Source: Candidatus Latescibacterota bacterium (lineage in GTDB: Bacteria > Latescibacterota > UBA2968). From it: 64,000 nt of DNA. The translations under genes and the position numbers were made by a program. A model generated the notes under the pieces. The model had not been told where the DNA came from, made no database searches, and worked only from the letters and a program-made list of their open reading frames with translations. How positions within the stretch are numbered: position 1 is the stretch's first letter; each line of letters starts with the position of its first letter. The stretch covers positions 768,001 to 832,000 of the forward strand of contig OZ241986.1 of assembly GCA_965204375.1 (NCBI GenBank), written 5' to 3'. This document shows, in pieces, positions 9,778 through 19,199 of this stretch.

Positions 9778-10629
9778 TTACTCAGCGGGAACAACTTCTC
9801 GCGTGACTTCCTGCACTTTACCGGGGAAGGTTTGTCCTCTTATCCACATGATGGGCTGGCCTTTGCCAGCGTTTTCCGGATTTATCCATTCTGCTTGCGC
9901 GCTTAAGTAATGCGATACATAGCTGCGTCTAAATCGCTGGCTATGGTTATTTGTGCTTTTGTGCAGCAGGTGAGAGTGGAACCAGATGACCGCTCCGGGG
10001 GGTGCTTCCACGGGAATGCCGTCCTCATCGCGGGCATCGCGCGCGAGTTTGAATTCATTTTGCTGTGATCCCTCAATTTCGTCGTGTTCGGAGATTGCCT
10101 GTTTGTGACTGCCGGGGATTACGTAGAGGCAACCATTGTCGCGCTCGGCGGGGTCGATTGCCGTCCAGGTGCCGACGGTTGTCGCTGTTCTGAACCGCCT
10201 GCCAAAGTAAAATTTGTCCTGGTGCCAGGGGAATCCCAATCCGATTTTCGGGGCTTTCCAGATGAAGAGGTTGTTGATGCCCAGAATGTCTGGGCCGAGA
10301 ATGTCGGCAACTGGATCCGTCAGCCGAGGGTCGCGCACGCGGGCGAGGAATTCCGGGATGTAACAACTGGGATGGTGAATTTTGTGCATGGCGTAGATAC
10401 CCGATTGCTTGTGTTTGCCGTCTCGGACAAGGGCATTGCGGTCGATGTGAGCCATTGGCATTTTTCGCTTTCCCGCGACAATGTCTTCGGCGACCTGTCG
10501 CAGGTGGTCGTTTTCCTCATGTGTAAAGACGTTTTCGCGTACAAAATATCCATTGCATTCCCAGTGCTGAATTTCGTCGGGTGTCATGCGATTGGTATTT
10601 ATTTTTGATAGTGTTGATGGGTTTCCCAT
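9778..10629 (-). CDS. Phytanoyl-CoA dioxygenase (PhyH) family
   Basis: WHQD, NGCLYVIPGSH, distal His and Arg. Confidence 0.9.
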   Translation of the reverse strand: MGNPSTLSKINTNRMTPDEIQHWECNGYFVRENVFTHEENDHLRQVAEDIVAGKRKMPMAHIDRNALVRDGKHKQSGIYAMHKIHHPSCYIPEFLARVRDPRLTDPVADILGPDILGINNLFIWKAPKIGLGFPWHQDKFYFGRRFRTATTVGTWTAIDPAERDNGCLYVIPGSHKQAISEHDEIEGSQQNEFKLARDARDEDGIPVEAPPGAVIWFHSHLLHKSTNNHSQRFRRSYVSHYLSAQAEWINPENAGKGQPIMWIRGQTFPGKVQEVTREVVPAE

Positions 10630-10677
10630 ATACGATCTCCTGAAATCAATTGCTGTTTACTTACCGCAGTAGGGCAG

Positions 10678-10947
10678 TTAGGCTGCTTTGATCGGTTCCA
10701 ACTCTACGGGTTCTGGTCTGCTGAGCCCCAGACGATCAAAAACGCTCTGTATCTCATCTATACTCACGATTTCGGGTGAGACAATCTCAATCCCAAGAGG
10801 CGTGCCATCTTGAGCGTAGTCAATGAGGAGGTCTTCTGTTATGGCTTCGGTGCGTACACTTTTCTGTCCGCGCCGATGAGATAGATAAATATAGGCAGCA
10901 AATGGTTTGCCCTTTCGATATGTGATTTGTAGAGAAACTGTTTTCAT
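10678..10947 (-). CDS. DUF2283-type antitoxin
   Basis: AAYIYL...LLIDY...GTPLGIEI; 4-bp overlap with the upstream toxin. Confidence 0.8.
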   Translation of the reverse strand: MKTVSLQITYRKGKPFAAYIYLSHRRGQKSVRTEAITEDLLIDYAQDGTPLGIEIVSPEIVSIDEIQSVFDRLGLSRPEPVELEPIKAA

Positions 10948-11204
10948 GGACGCACCTCTTCAGGATATGCGGTTACAATCATAAGAATTTTGTCGTCCAG
11001 GTCTGGCTCAACGACCACCAACCAGGGATATCCCGAATGACGAGTATGAATAATCCAACGACCTAATCGGCGAGCAGGGACCAATTTTGAAGCATTATCA
11101 AGCATCGTCCGCAGTTCGATCTCAGAAAAACCCCGCTCCTCCATCCGGGCTTCCACATGTGCTGTAAAACCCAGGTCCCATTCCCACCAACTTGGCCAAT
11201 TCAT
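10944..11204 (-). CDS. DUF4258-type toxin
   Basis: FTAHVEARMEERG and IVTAY motifs. Confidence 0.8.
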   Translation of the reverse strand: MNWPSWWEWDLGFTAHVEARMEERGFSEIELRTMLDNASKLVPARRLGRWIIHTRHSGYPWLVVVEPDLDDKILMIVTAYPEEVRP

Positions 11205-11560
11205 GCGGATATCTCATGTGCGCCGATCCAGACCTGATTACCATCGGGATCGCGAACGCGAAATTCTGTCATGCCGTAGAAAGTTACCCGGATGGGATCG
11301 GGTTCGAAACCAGCGGCGATCACACGGTCTCTTAACGTTTCAATATCGGATGTATAGTAGTAAATGACGGTTGAGGCGTTCGATTCCGTGCGTATCGAAC
11401 GATCTATCATCACCTGGCAACCGTGTTCACCTTCCAGCAGGGCATGGCCCCACTCGTCTTTACGTTGGATGACCTGGAGACCCAGGCCTTGCGAGTAGAA
11501 GGTGAGAGCTTGATCCAAATCGGTTATTGGAACCATTGCGGTGATGCGATGTATGTTCAC
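11201..11560 (-). CDS. VOC/glyoxalase family protein
   Basis: DLDQALTFY...LGL; YGMTEFRVRDPDGN. Confidence 0.88.
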   Translation of the reverse strand: MNIHRITAMVPITDLDQALTFYSQGLGLQVIQRKDEWGHALLEGEHGCQVMIDRSIRTESNASTVIYYYTSDIETLRDRVIAAGFEPDPIRVTFYGMTEFRVRDPDGNQVWIGAHEISA

Positions 11561-11777
11561 GGTTTTGTCTCTCAGCTAATGGTCGAGAACTGCCTTGTAG
11601 TGTTTTGCTACCGAAATCTGGTATTTATGATATCTGAGATGCCTTTAGACTCGACTTTGCTCATTGTAAGAGGTATATTTGAAAGTTGCGGATGAGTAAA
11701 AGCGAGGAGCGTATCCTTTAATATCTGCAAAAAATAAATATTATGCAATGATCTGTGGGGAGATTGCGTTTTAGCAT

Positions 11778-12629
11778 GTGGAGCAGGAGATGGTAAATGC
11801 AGGTGTGAGATCGAAACGGGAGGTTTTGCTCGATTCCGGATATTTTGTAGAAAAGGGCGTCCTGAGCGATTCGGATATTGAGATTTGTAAGGATCGATTG
11901 CGAGAGATTGCGCGCCGTATTGATTTTTACCGCGATAAGATTCGGGCAATTATAGATGTGCAGGATGAGGCATACCAGAACCATCCCGATCCTCTGTTGC
12001 GATTTGATTGGATCAATGAGATTTCGTTTCGAGATCGGGTATTGTGGCAATATTCTGCTACACACCCCAGGCTTATCGCATTGGCTATGCAAGTGTTGGG
12101 TCCCGATATTTATCCACTTAATGGCGGCGGTTTCTTTATGAAGCCTCCCCGTTGTGGCGATGAGGTACCGTGGCACCAGGATGCGAGTCCTTTCGATGGT
12201 TCAGAGGATATACCCGTGCCTGTACTTTTTGATTTTTGGCTGGGGCTGGATGCGGCAGATGTTGAAAATGGGTGTATGGAACTGATTCCTGGATCGCATA
12301 CTCTGGGGCGTTTGGAGCACGAGCAGACGGGTAAGATTTTGAGGGAGATGGATCCATTTTCGCACGGATTTTCCGAGGATGATGTGGTGCGTATTGAGAC
12401 TGATCCCGGCGATGTGATTGTGTGGCATCAGGATTTGATCCACCGATCTTCTGCTAATTTCTCGGATCGTCCGCGGATTGGCAAAGCGAGTGTTTATATG
12501 TCCAAAGCGGATGAAGAGACGATACAGAAAATGTCTAATCCCTGGGGAATGAATCCAAATCGACCACCGATCTGTTTGGACGGTAAAATCTGTGAGCTAA
12601 CGCATTTTATTGAAGCACCGGATCTGTAA
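11778..12629 (+). CDS. Phytanoyl-CoA dioxygenase (PhyH) family
   Basis: WHQD, NGCMELIPGSH, IHRS...R. Confidence 0.88.
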   Translation: MEQEMVNAGVRSKREVLLDSGYFVEKGVLSDSDIEICKDRLREIARRIDFYRDKIRAIIDVQDEAYQNHPDPLLRFDWINEISFRDRVLWQYSATHPRLIALAMQVLGPDIYPLNGGGFFMKPPRCGDEVPWHQDASPFDGSEDIPVPVLFDFWLGLDAADVENGCMELIPGSHTLGRLEHEQTGKILREMDPFSHGFSEDDVVRIETDPGDVIVWHQDLIHRSSANFSDRPRIGKASVYMSKADEETIQKMSNPWGMNPNRPPICLDGKICELTHFIEAPDL

Positions 12630-13071
12630 GTGCTGGCAATTTCTTCATCTGAACATGTGTAGAATCTTCATCAACGATTGAAAACCCCAGCCTCTGGTAG
12701 AAGGCGATGCCACGGGTGTTAATCTTTAATACTTGAAGGTTCACAGCCTTTCCCGCAACGTGGGCATCATCGAGAATGCTTGTCAGGCACGCTGACCCAA
12801 TCCCTCTACCCTGATACTCGGGATGGATAAAGAACTGATAGACCTTGAGAGAATCGGAAGTACAGGATGTGGAGAAGAAACCCATATCGTTCCCTTGAAA
12901 TTGGATAATGCAAAAATCCTGTGAATCAAACCGCTTATTGTGTAATTCCCTCTGATGTGTATCGTCCCAACCCTCGACCTGCTCCACATATTCTCGGAAT
13001 GCGGCCTTTTTTACGGCAAAGACAAAGTCGCTGTCAATCGCATCCGCCTTCCGAATGCTCAACCCTTCCAC
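12607..13071 (-). CDS. GNAT acetyltransferase
   Basis: YQGRGIG and N...AFYQRLGF motifs. Confidence 0.88.
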   Translation of the reverse strand: MEGLSIRKADAIDSDFVFAVKKAAFREYVEQVEGWDDTHQRELHNKRFDSQDFCIIQFQGNDMGFFSTSCTSDSLKVYQFFIHPEYQGRGIGSACLTSILDDAHVAGKAVNLQVLKINTRGIAFYQRLGFSIVDEDSTHVQMKKLPALTDPVLQ

Positions 13072-13114
13072 GATAAGACCTCCATTGCCCTGCTGGTCGC
13101 TACAACGTGACCAG

Positions 13115-13927
13115 CTAACCGAACCGCTCCTCTAACCATGTAACGGCAAAATCGGTCAGATCCTTAGCGTCGAACAAATAGGAATCCGTGGCTCCAACCC
13201 GTCCCGTTGCATAGGTTGCCTGGGTCATATATTCCTCTACAATGCGAAGAAAATAGTCGCCATCGGGCCAATCGACGATGCCATCAGAAGTGTCAAATTG
13301 CTCGAATTCTATCCATTCGCACTTGCCATCGCGCAAGATGGGCCACCGATAACGTTCGGTTTTTTTGTTGGGCACGTCAGCAATATGCTCTGCGTGATGT
13401 AGAATTGTCAGGCTATCAAAGAGTGGTCCAAGCAGTAGTATTCGTCCCCTGATTTTGCACAACTTTGCGAGTGGGGAGCCTGCGCCATAACCAAATTGGA
13501 GGGGATGATCTGATGTGATCCACTTCGCTTTTGCGCCAACTGCCGCCATTCTTGCTTCGGGATGGTTGCTGCAATACGTGCCGGGCCATGTTCGCAGATA
13601 CTCGGTGAGGATACTCCATTTGCGGAAGGCGCGTGTCCGATTGGGATCAAATGGTGGGCATTCTGCCATGTATAATTTTTGCCAGTCCTCTGGCCAGTCC
13701 TCAATTTCGTTCAGAGGCTCCTCGCATTTTACGTACATCATCAAGGTGCCTGCAGGTCCAATCACGTCCAAAATTGCCTGAATCACCATATCAGGTCCGC
13801 CAACGATCCAGCCGACTGCCTTGACAGAAGCGTGCAGCATCAGGGTATCGCCCGGGACAAGCCCCAGTTTTGATAAGTCAGATACCAACCTACTTCGCGT
13901 AATTACCGGCAAATCTGTTTTCGCCAT
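13115..13927 (-). CDS. aac(3): Aminoglycoside 3-N-acetyltransferase (AAC(3), Antibiotic_NAT family)
   Basis: LMLHASVKAVGWIVGG, SNHP, YGAGSPLAKL, TILHHAE motifs. Confidence 0.9.
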   Translation of the reverse strand: MAKTDLPVITRSRLVSDLSKLGLVPGDTLMLHASVKAVGWIVGGPDMVIQAILDVIGPAGTLMMYVKCEEPLNEIEDWPEDWQKLYMAECPPFDPNRTRAFRKWSILTEYLRTWPGTYCSNHPEARMAAVGAKAKWITSDHPLQFGYGAGSPLAKLCKIRGRILLLGPLFDSLTILHHAEHIADVPNKKTERYRWPILRDGKCEWIEFEQFDTSDGIVDWPDGDYFLRIVEEYMTQATYATGRVGATDSYLFDAKDLTDFAVTWLEERFG

Positions 13928-13932
13928 GCTGA

Positions 13933-14547
13933 TTACTCCGATGCCAGGCTCTCTTTAGTTTCAGAGTCCTCAAGGGGATGAAGATCAATTGGTGTGAGTA
14001 TCCCGTAAAAACCGTATTTGATGCCTGACCGATCTCCTTTTCCGGGCGGGAAGTATTCTTCTATAAGTGCTAATAATCGACGACCAAATTCGGATGCCTG
14101 TTCTTCAGATAGTCGCGCGCGGTTGTGATTGACTGATGTCTGGAATGTCGAACCGTACAAGCCCTCGGCAGCTTCGCGAAATGCTTGATTGAACTGGCTG
14201 ACAACATCGGTTGGCATGGCCTCTGCAACCTGGTTGTTCGTCGAGAGGCCCTTTCGAACGCGAATTTTACTCGCTGCTGGCGAACATTGCCATTCATGGA
14301 GGCCAGTTTCATCTTTTTCCAATTGTACGACACCTGTTTCTGCCAGCTTTTTCATATGGTATAGTACCCGGGCATCGGTAATTTCCAATGTCCGCGAAAT
14401 TTCTGCAACCGACTTTCCGTCGCCAAGGGTTTCGAGGATGTGCCAACGAAGTGGATCGGCAAGTATGTTCGCACGATCATCCTCGATAACGATTGCCGTT
14501 TCCTTTAAGGCATTGGTCGGGAATGTCAATTCGCGCCATGTACTCAT
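13933..14547 (-). CDS. ArsR-like winged-helix transcriptional regulator
   Basis: LADPLRWHIL, SVAEIS, YHMKKLAETG. Confidence 0.8.
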   Translation of the reverse strand: MSTWRELTFPTNALKETAIVIEDDRANILADPLRWHILETLGDGKSVAEISRTLEITDARVLYHMKKLAETGVVQLEKDETGLHEWQCSPAASKIRVRKGLSTNNQVAEAMPTDVVSQFNQAFREAAEGLYGSTFQTSVNHNRARLSEEQASEFGRRLLALIEEYFPPGKGDRSGIKYGFYGILTPIDLHPLEDSETKESLASE

Positions 14548-14623
14548 TTAGACTCTCCAGTCGTATAATTGAAGGAGCTCTCTTTGAGGCGGGGAAGTAT
14601 GTCTTCTGCGTATTAAAGATTGT

Positions 14624-15394
14624 TCAACTTTTGATCAGAATCACGTAGGTTCTGCGGGAGGCCTCCCGAAAGCCAAGTTTCTCTGCAACTCGCAATGAGG
14701 CAAAGTTGTCCTCTCCCGTGCTCCAAACCGGAACTCGTCCTTGTTTCTGAAGCCGATTCGATACTATCGAGGCAGCGGCACTACACAGGCCTCTTTTTCG
14801 CCAGGGTTCAAGAGTGCCAACGCCAATCTCACCATGAAGACCAGTGACGCCGCTTGTGTGAGCTATGGATACCAATTGACCTGCATCAATAGCACCCGCC
14901 ACAATTCCCTCTGAGAGCATTGTTTCCATATTCTCGTAGCCTCCACCCTGTATTTCGATAGGTGCGGAGGCTATTAAGTTTCGGTCCTGCGTAGTCAATT
15001 CGCGGGCATGGTTATTGGCAAACAGTTGGACCGGCTTCATCAACGAATGATAAACGTCGCCATAGTAGCGTACTTTTACTCCGTTGGAATTTTCTATCAG
15101 ATCACCAAGCGGTTTGGCGCATTGTCGATGCACATTTATACAATCCCAACCCTCTACCAACTGAAGCAATTCCCACAGTGCTCGCGCCTCGGTCCCAAAT
15201 CCCATGGGTTCTTCTGAATCGAAGTGGCCCTGGACAATAGCTGCGCTGAAGGAGGAGGGACTGCCTGCTACAAAGGCCTTGCACAGTTTCTTTCTCAGAA
15301 GGTGTACTTCCACCACAGTCTCGGGGGTATCACCCAGAGTATTCGCGAGTTCGGCAAAATCCTCTGGATTCAGTTGTGCGATGTCGTATGCCAT
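14624..15394 (-). CDS. GNAT acetyltransferase (C-terminal GNAT domain)
   Basis: EIGVGT...WRKRGL; NFASLRVAEKLGF. Confidence 0.85.
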   Translation of the reverse strand: MAYDIAQLNPEDFAELANTLGDTPETVVEVHLLRKKLCKAFVAGSPSSFSAAIVQGHFDSEEPMGFGTEARALWELLQLVEGWDCINVHRQCAKPLGDLIENSNGVKVRYYGDVYHSLMKPVQLFANNHARELTTQDRNLIASAPIEIQGGGYENMETMLSEGIVAGAIDAGQLVSIAHTSGVTGLHGEIGVGTLEPWRKRGLCSAAASIVSNRLQKQGRVPVWSTGEDNFASLRVAEKLGFREASRRTYVILIKS

Positions 15395-15403
15395 TGATAT
15401 TAC

Positions 15404-16120
15404 TCAGGTCAGTTTTTCGACCAGATCATTGAAGTCAGATGCGCTTACATCGAAGGTCTCAAGGGGCAGGGTAGGCTCATCAGTCGGATAGCCCCTCCAC
15501 CAATCGTCTTCCCGATGTACGTATGCGGTTTTCAGGCCTGCATCTTTGGCTCCCTTGAGATCGTTCGCATGCGCTGCCACCATCATCACTTTATCCGGTG
15601 CGCAACCGAGGAGTTCAGCGGCCTGTTGGTAAGCACGCGTGTCTGTTTTATATCGCTCAAGGAATTCGCACGATAATATCCCGTCCCAACTGAGACTATT
15701 GTATTTAGAGCAATCTACGGCAATTGCGAAACTCAATACGGTCAATATGATGACTGAATAATGATCTCGCAGTCTGTGTATTGCGCTAACGGCATCTGGC
15801 CAGGTCTTCATCCTGTGCCACACCAGGCTCAGGTCGTCTCTTTCCTTCGCTGAAAGATGAATGGTGTTGTGATTCTCGAGAATATCGTCAAGTACGAGCC
15901 GATGAATCGCATCAGCGTTCATCCTTGGCAATTTACCTGTTTTTACTCGTGCCAGCATCTCAAACATACTACTGCGCCAGTCCGTGGCGAACTGGCGTAC
16001 GTCAAACTGTACACCTTTTTCTGCTGACAATACGCGGAGTTCAGCCTCTATCGTCCCTCTCCAATCAAAAACAGTACCTCCGACATCGAATGTAAGCGCT
16101 TTTACACCTGGATATTTCAT
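15404..16120 (-). CDS. Haloacid dehalogenase type II family hydrolase
   Basis: FDVGGTVFDW, YK, MMVAAH.NDL motifs. Confidence 0.85.
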   Translation of the reverse strand: MKYPGVKALTFDVGGTVFDWRGTIEAELRVLSAEKGVQFDVRQFATDWRSSMFEMLARVKTGKLPRMNADAIHRLVLDDILENHNTIHLSAKERDDLSLVWHRMKTWPDAVSAIHRLRDHYSVIILTVLSFAIAVDCSKYNSLSWDGILSCEFLERYKTDTRAYQQAAELLGCAPDKVMMVAAHANDLKGAKDAGLKTAYVHREDDWWRGYPTDEPTLPLETFDVSASDFNDLVEKLT

Positions 16121-17292
16121 TGTTGACTCCTTGTGTCTTCGACTCGAAGAGCGTCCGTTATTTGGCCCTCTCTCTCAGCTCGAAAGCTTATAGATTTACC
16201 ATCTTTAACTGTGAAAGTCACCGTGTAATACGGATCGGTAGAAAAAACAAAGGTGTGATTTCCTATGGCTCGAAGTGGACGACCACTTATTCTGAGTGTA
16301 CCTTCTGCAACTGATACCGGGAATGGTACGGGTGCCATGGTTGACCTCCACTTGTAAGTTCCCGTATAGATTTCGAGGTTATCTTCTGACATATGGATTT
16401 CATCAATTACGATTTCAGGGATCCCCAGCATCAGGCGGGAAATTTGACTTTCAAGTTGTGCCTGTGGAGCAGAGTTGTGGTTGCACAATACAGTGACAGT
16501 AAGACCATCATCGGGGTAAGCAGATAATTGGGCGCGAAATCCGTTTATGGTTCCGCCATGCTCAATTTTGCGATGTCCATTGAGGTTGCTCATGAAAAAA
16601 CCATATCCGTATGTCGTATGTTTTCCTCCTGTCAAAAGGCCAGGCTCAATCATCTTATTATAGCTTTGTCGTGATATGAGTTGATTCTCGTTTAGTGCAG
16701 TCTGCCATTTCAGCAGGTCTAATACACTGGAACCCAATGAGCCGCCAGAGAATGGGTTATCCATACCGAGTGGGCGCGCCAGAACAAATTCATTATCCTC
16801 TTGGTCATAACCTGTTGCAAGATTCTTGACGTTTTTGATTTTCCCCAAATAGTGTGTGTCAAACATTTTCAGAGGTTGCCATACGTTCGCTTTGAGAAAG
16901 TTAGCATAGCGCATACCAGATACATTTTCGATTATCATGCCCAGGAGGTAATACCCCGAGTTATTGTACTGGTAATTTTCACTTGGTGAAAATTCAACGG
17001 GTTCTGATGAGAATAGATCAACGATCTCCTCTCGGGAAAGATCGCGTTCAGATATTTCCCAAAATTTCTCGATGTCTGTATAGCTTTTGATGCCCGATGT
17101 ATGGTTGAGAAGCTGATCAATCGTGACTTTATGATCTTTTTGGGGATAATTGGGCAGATAGTCCAGCATAATATCATTCAAGTTCAACTTGCCCTGTTCA
17201 ACGAGAATCATGACGGCGAGGGCCGTAAATTGTTTCGTTATTGAGCCAATTCGGTAAACAGTATGTTCAGTAGCTTCTACTTTGTTATCTAA

Positions 17293-19023
17293 CCCGACTA
17301 ATTCATGAAAGTTTATGAATAGGCTATTTATGTCATCATTTCGATGTTGTAAGCCCTCTGTCCGTGATTTTCTGTTTTTGTCGCTCCCGATTGTATTTTT
17401 ACCGGGTCTGACAGGTCAATGTCATTGGTTGTGCGTGCCTGTGGTAGTCAAAAAGGCCACAGGTTCCCCCTTGCCCTTGCCTGCCGAGTCTTTGCCCAGC
17501 ACAAGGCGGTGTCTGTGTCTGTTGCGCCAGTGATGTTGTCTGCCTTCTGCTTGCCATCTCTGCCCTCCTGCGTTTTGGGTTAGGGAAACGCCTTTGCCAG
17601 ATTGTGCAGGATTTTATCATAGACGTGTTGCAAAGGAAAGGACACAGGCAGATGGAAGGTGATCCTTGTATTCAACTCACAGACGCGTCCTGCGACTTTG
17701 AGGAAGCGATTTTGAATGGTATTGACCTGCGCGTTTATCCACCTTGTGCCATTGAATCCTATTTGCGCCAATGTCTGTATCAAGACATAGGCGGCAGAAT
17801 GGAGAAAGAGGCGGAACTGATTGGCAGTAAAGCTGTGACAGGATGTGCGGTCAGAGTGGAGAAAGGTTTTGTGATTTTTAATGAAGTTTTCCATCTGTCC
17901 GCGCGCACAATAGACGCTTTGATAGATAAAGGACGCCATTGAACTTTTCAGGTTGGTCACGACAAAGCGTGTGTTTTGGCCTCGGTCACTGATTTCGACC
18001 TTGCATACGATGCGTTGTGCCTTGTTCCAACTCTTTGCCTGATAGGAAAACGAGGTAAAAAGACGCACGGCCTCCTTTGTATGTGCATAAAGCCTTTTGG
18101 CCTGCGCGATAAGGGGTTGTGCCGCCTCACAAAGCTTGGCATTGCTGGTCTGTCCTAAGATAAAATACAGGTCATCAGTCTCACAAAGGTGATGGACTTG
18201 CGGACAAGAAAAGTGGGCATCACCCCGCAAGATGATCGCCACATCAGGCCAAGCCTGACGCAGATAGGCCACCAAACGCTTGACTATGGCGACTATCTGT
18301 TGGCCGGTCGGACGGATACCGGGACGCAATATCGTAGTGATCAACTTACCGGTTTGTCCCTCATAAATATGCAAGGGCTGATAGGTGTAGGCATTGTAAT
18401 AGCCATTGAATAGGGACAACTGCTGGGTCCCATAAACCGTATCCTGTGTATCATCAATATCTAAGATGATCGCCTCGGGCGGCTTTTTATACGAAGCGAT
18501 AAAACAATCGAGGAAGGCACGGGCAATCCGATACAAGTCGCTTCGCCTGATCTGGTTCTCAAACCGGCTCATCGTGGGTTGACTGCCCAAGTCTTTACCT
18601 GAAAGCGGCAAGACACCACAGGCGGCCTTGATACCCGGATCGCTGCGTAAGGCATCACAATCATTGCCATCTTCATACCCACAGGCTATCTGGAACACCC
18701 GTTGCTTGACCAACTCTGCGACGGAGTGCCTCACATAACTCTTATGCCGACGATCCGTGATCGCAGCACTCATGCGTGTTAAAATGCCAGATTTTGCCTC
18801 TACTTCTCGAAGCAATAACGCGCCGCTATCGCTGGTGAGAATGCCCCCATCAAAGGCGAGGTCAAGCCGTTTGCCGAAAATGCTTGCCAAAGGAACCTTG
18901 CGATGTTTATCTTGTGACCCCATGGTAGTTTCCTCCAAGTCTATTGTACAATGGTTATGGTTCTAACCTATAATAATACAATGACTTGAATAAGGAAACT
19001 ACCTTTTTTATGAATTTTTCAGG
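17293..19023 (-). mobile_element. IS1380-family insertion sequence, 1731 bp
   Basis: Terminal inverted repeats CCTGAAAAATTCATAAAA / CCCGACTAATTCATGAAA (14/18 match); direct repeat CTAA at 17289-17292 and 19024-19027. Confidence 0.92.
17580..18938 (-). CDS. IS1380-family DDE transposase
   Basis: FDGGILTSDSG, GYEDGND, SQPTMSRFEN, LDIDDT, LRGDA, Y.ARGQMENFIK. Confidence 0.93.
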   Translation of the reverse strand: MEETTMGSQDKHRKVPLASIFGKRLDLAFDGGILTSDSGALLLREVEAKSGILTRMSAAITDRRHKSYVRHSVAELVKQRVFQIACGYEDGNDCDALRSDPGIKAACGVLPLSGKDLGSQPTMSRFENQIRRSDLYRIARAFLDCFIASYKKPPEAIILDIDDTQDTVYGTQQLSLFNGYYNAYTYQPLHIYEGQTGKLITTILRPGIRPTGQQIVAIVKRLVAYLRQAWPDVAIILRGDAHFSCPQVHHLCETDDLYFILGQTSNAKLCEAAQPLIAQAKRLYAHTKEAVRLFTSFSYQAKSWNKAQRIVCKVEISDRGQNTRFVVTNLKSSMASFIYQSVYCARGQMENFIKNHKTFLHSDRTSCHSFTANQFRLFLHSAAYVLIQTLAQIGFNGTRWINAQVNTIQNRFLKVAGRVCELNTRITFHLPVSFPLQHVYDKILHNLAKAFP

Positions 19024-19199
19024 CTAAATCTGCATAGCCATATCCCCGCGCAAAAATGACCTCATTGTGGCGCATAACACCCACTGATGCTCCCACCAAT
19101 TGGTTCTCATTTATCGCGTTTTCTATAATTGCATCAATCTGATCTTGAATGGTTGCGTCTGGCATGAATTCTCCATTTGGATACTGGACTGCTGTCATT

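Larger units (their letters stand above)
16117..19165 (-). pseudogene. Serine hydrolase (beta-lactamase class C/PBP-like) interrupted by IS1380
   Basis: N-part MPDATIQ...GYGYADL (19165-19024) rejoins in frame with DNKVEATEHTVYRIGSITK (SxxK), YNN and HGG once the IS and one target-duplication copy are removed. Confidence 0.9.

Noticed and set aside
13092-13115. GCTGGTC-n10-GACCAGC hairpin after aac(3)
   Set aside because: Only a 7-bp stem, no U-tract and not seen repeated; cannot be called a terminator or recombination site.
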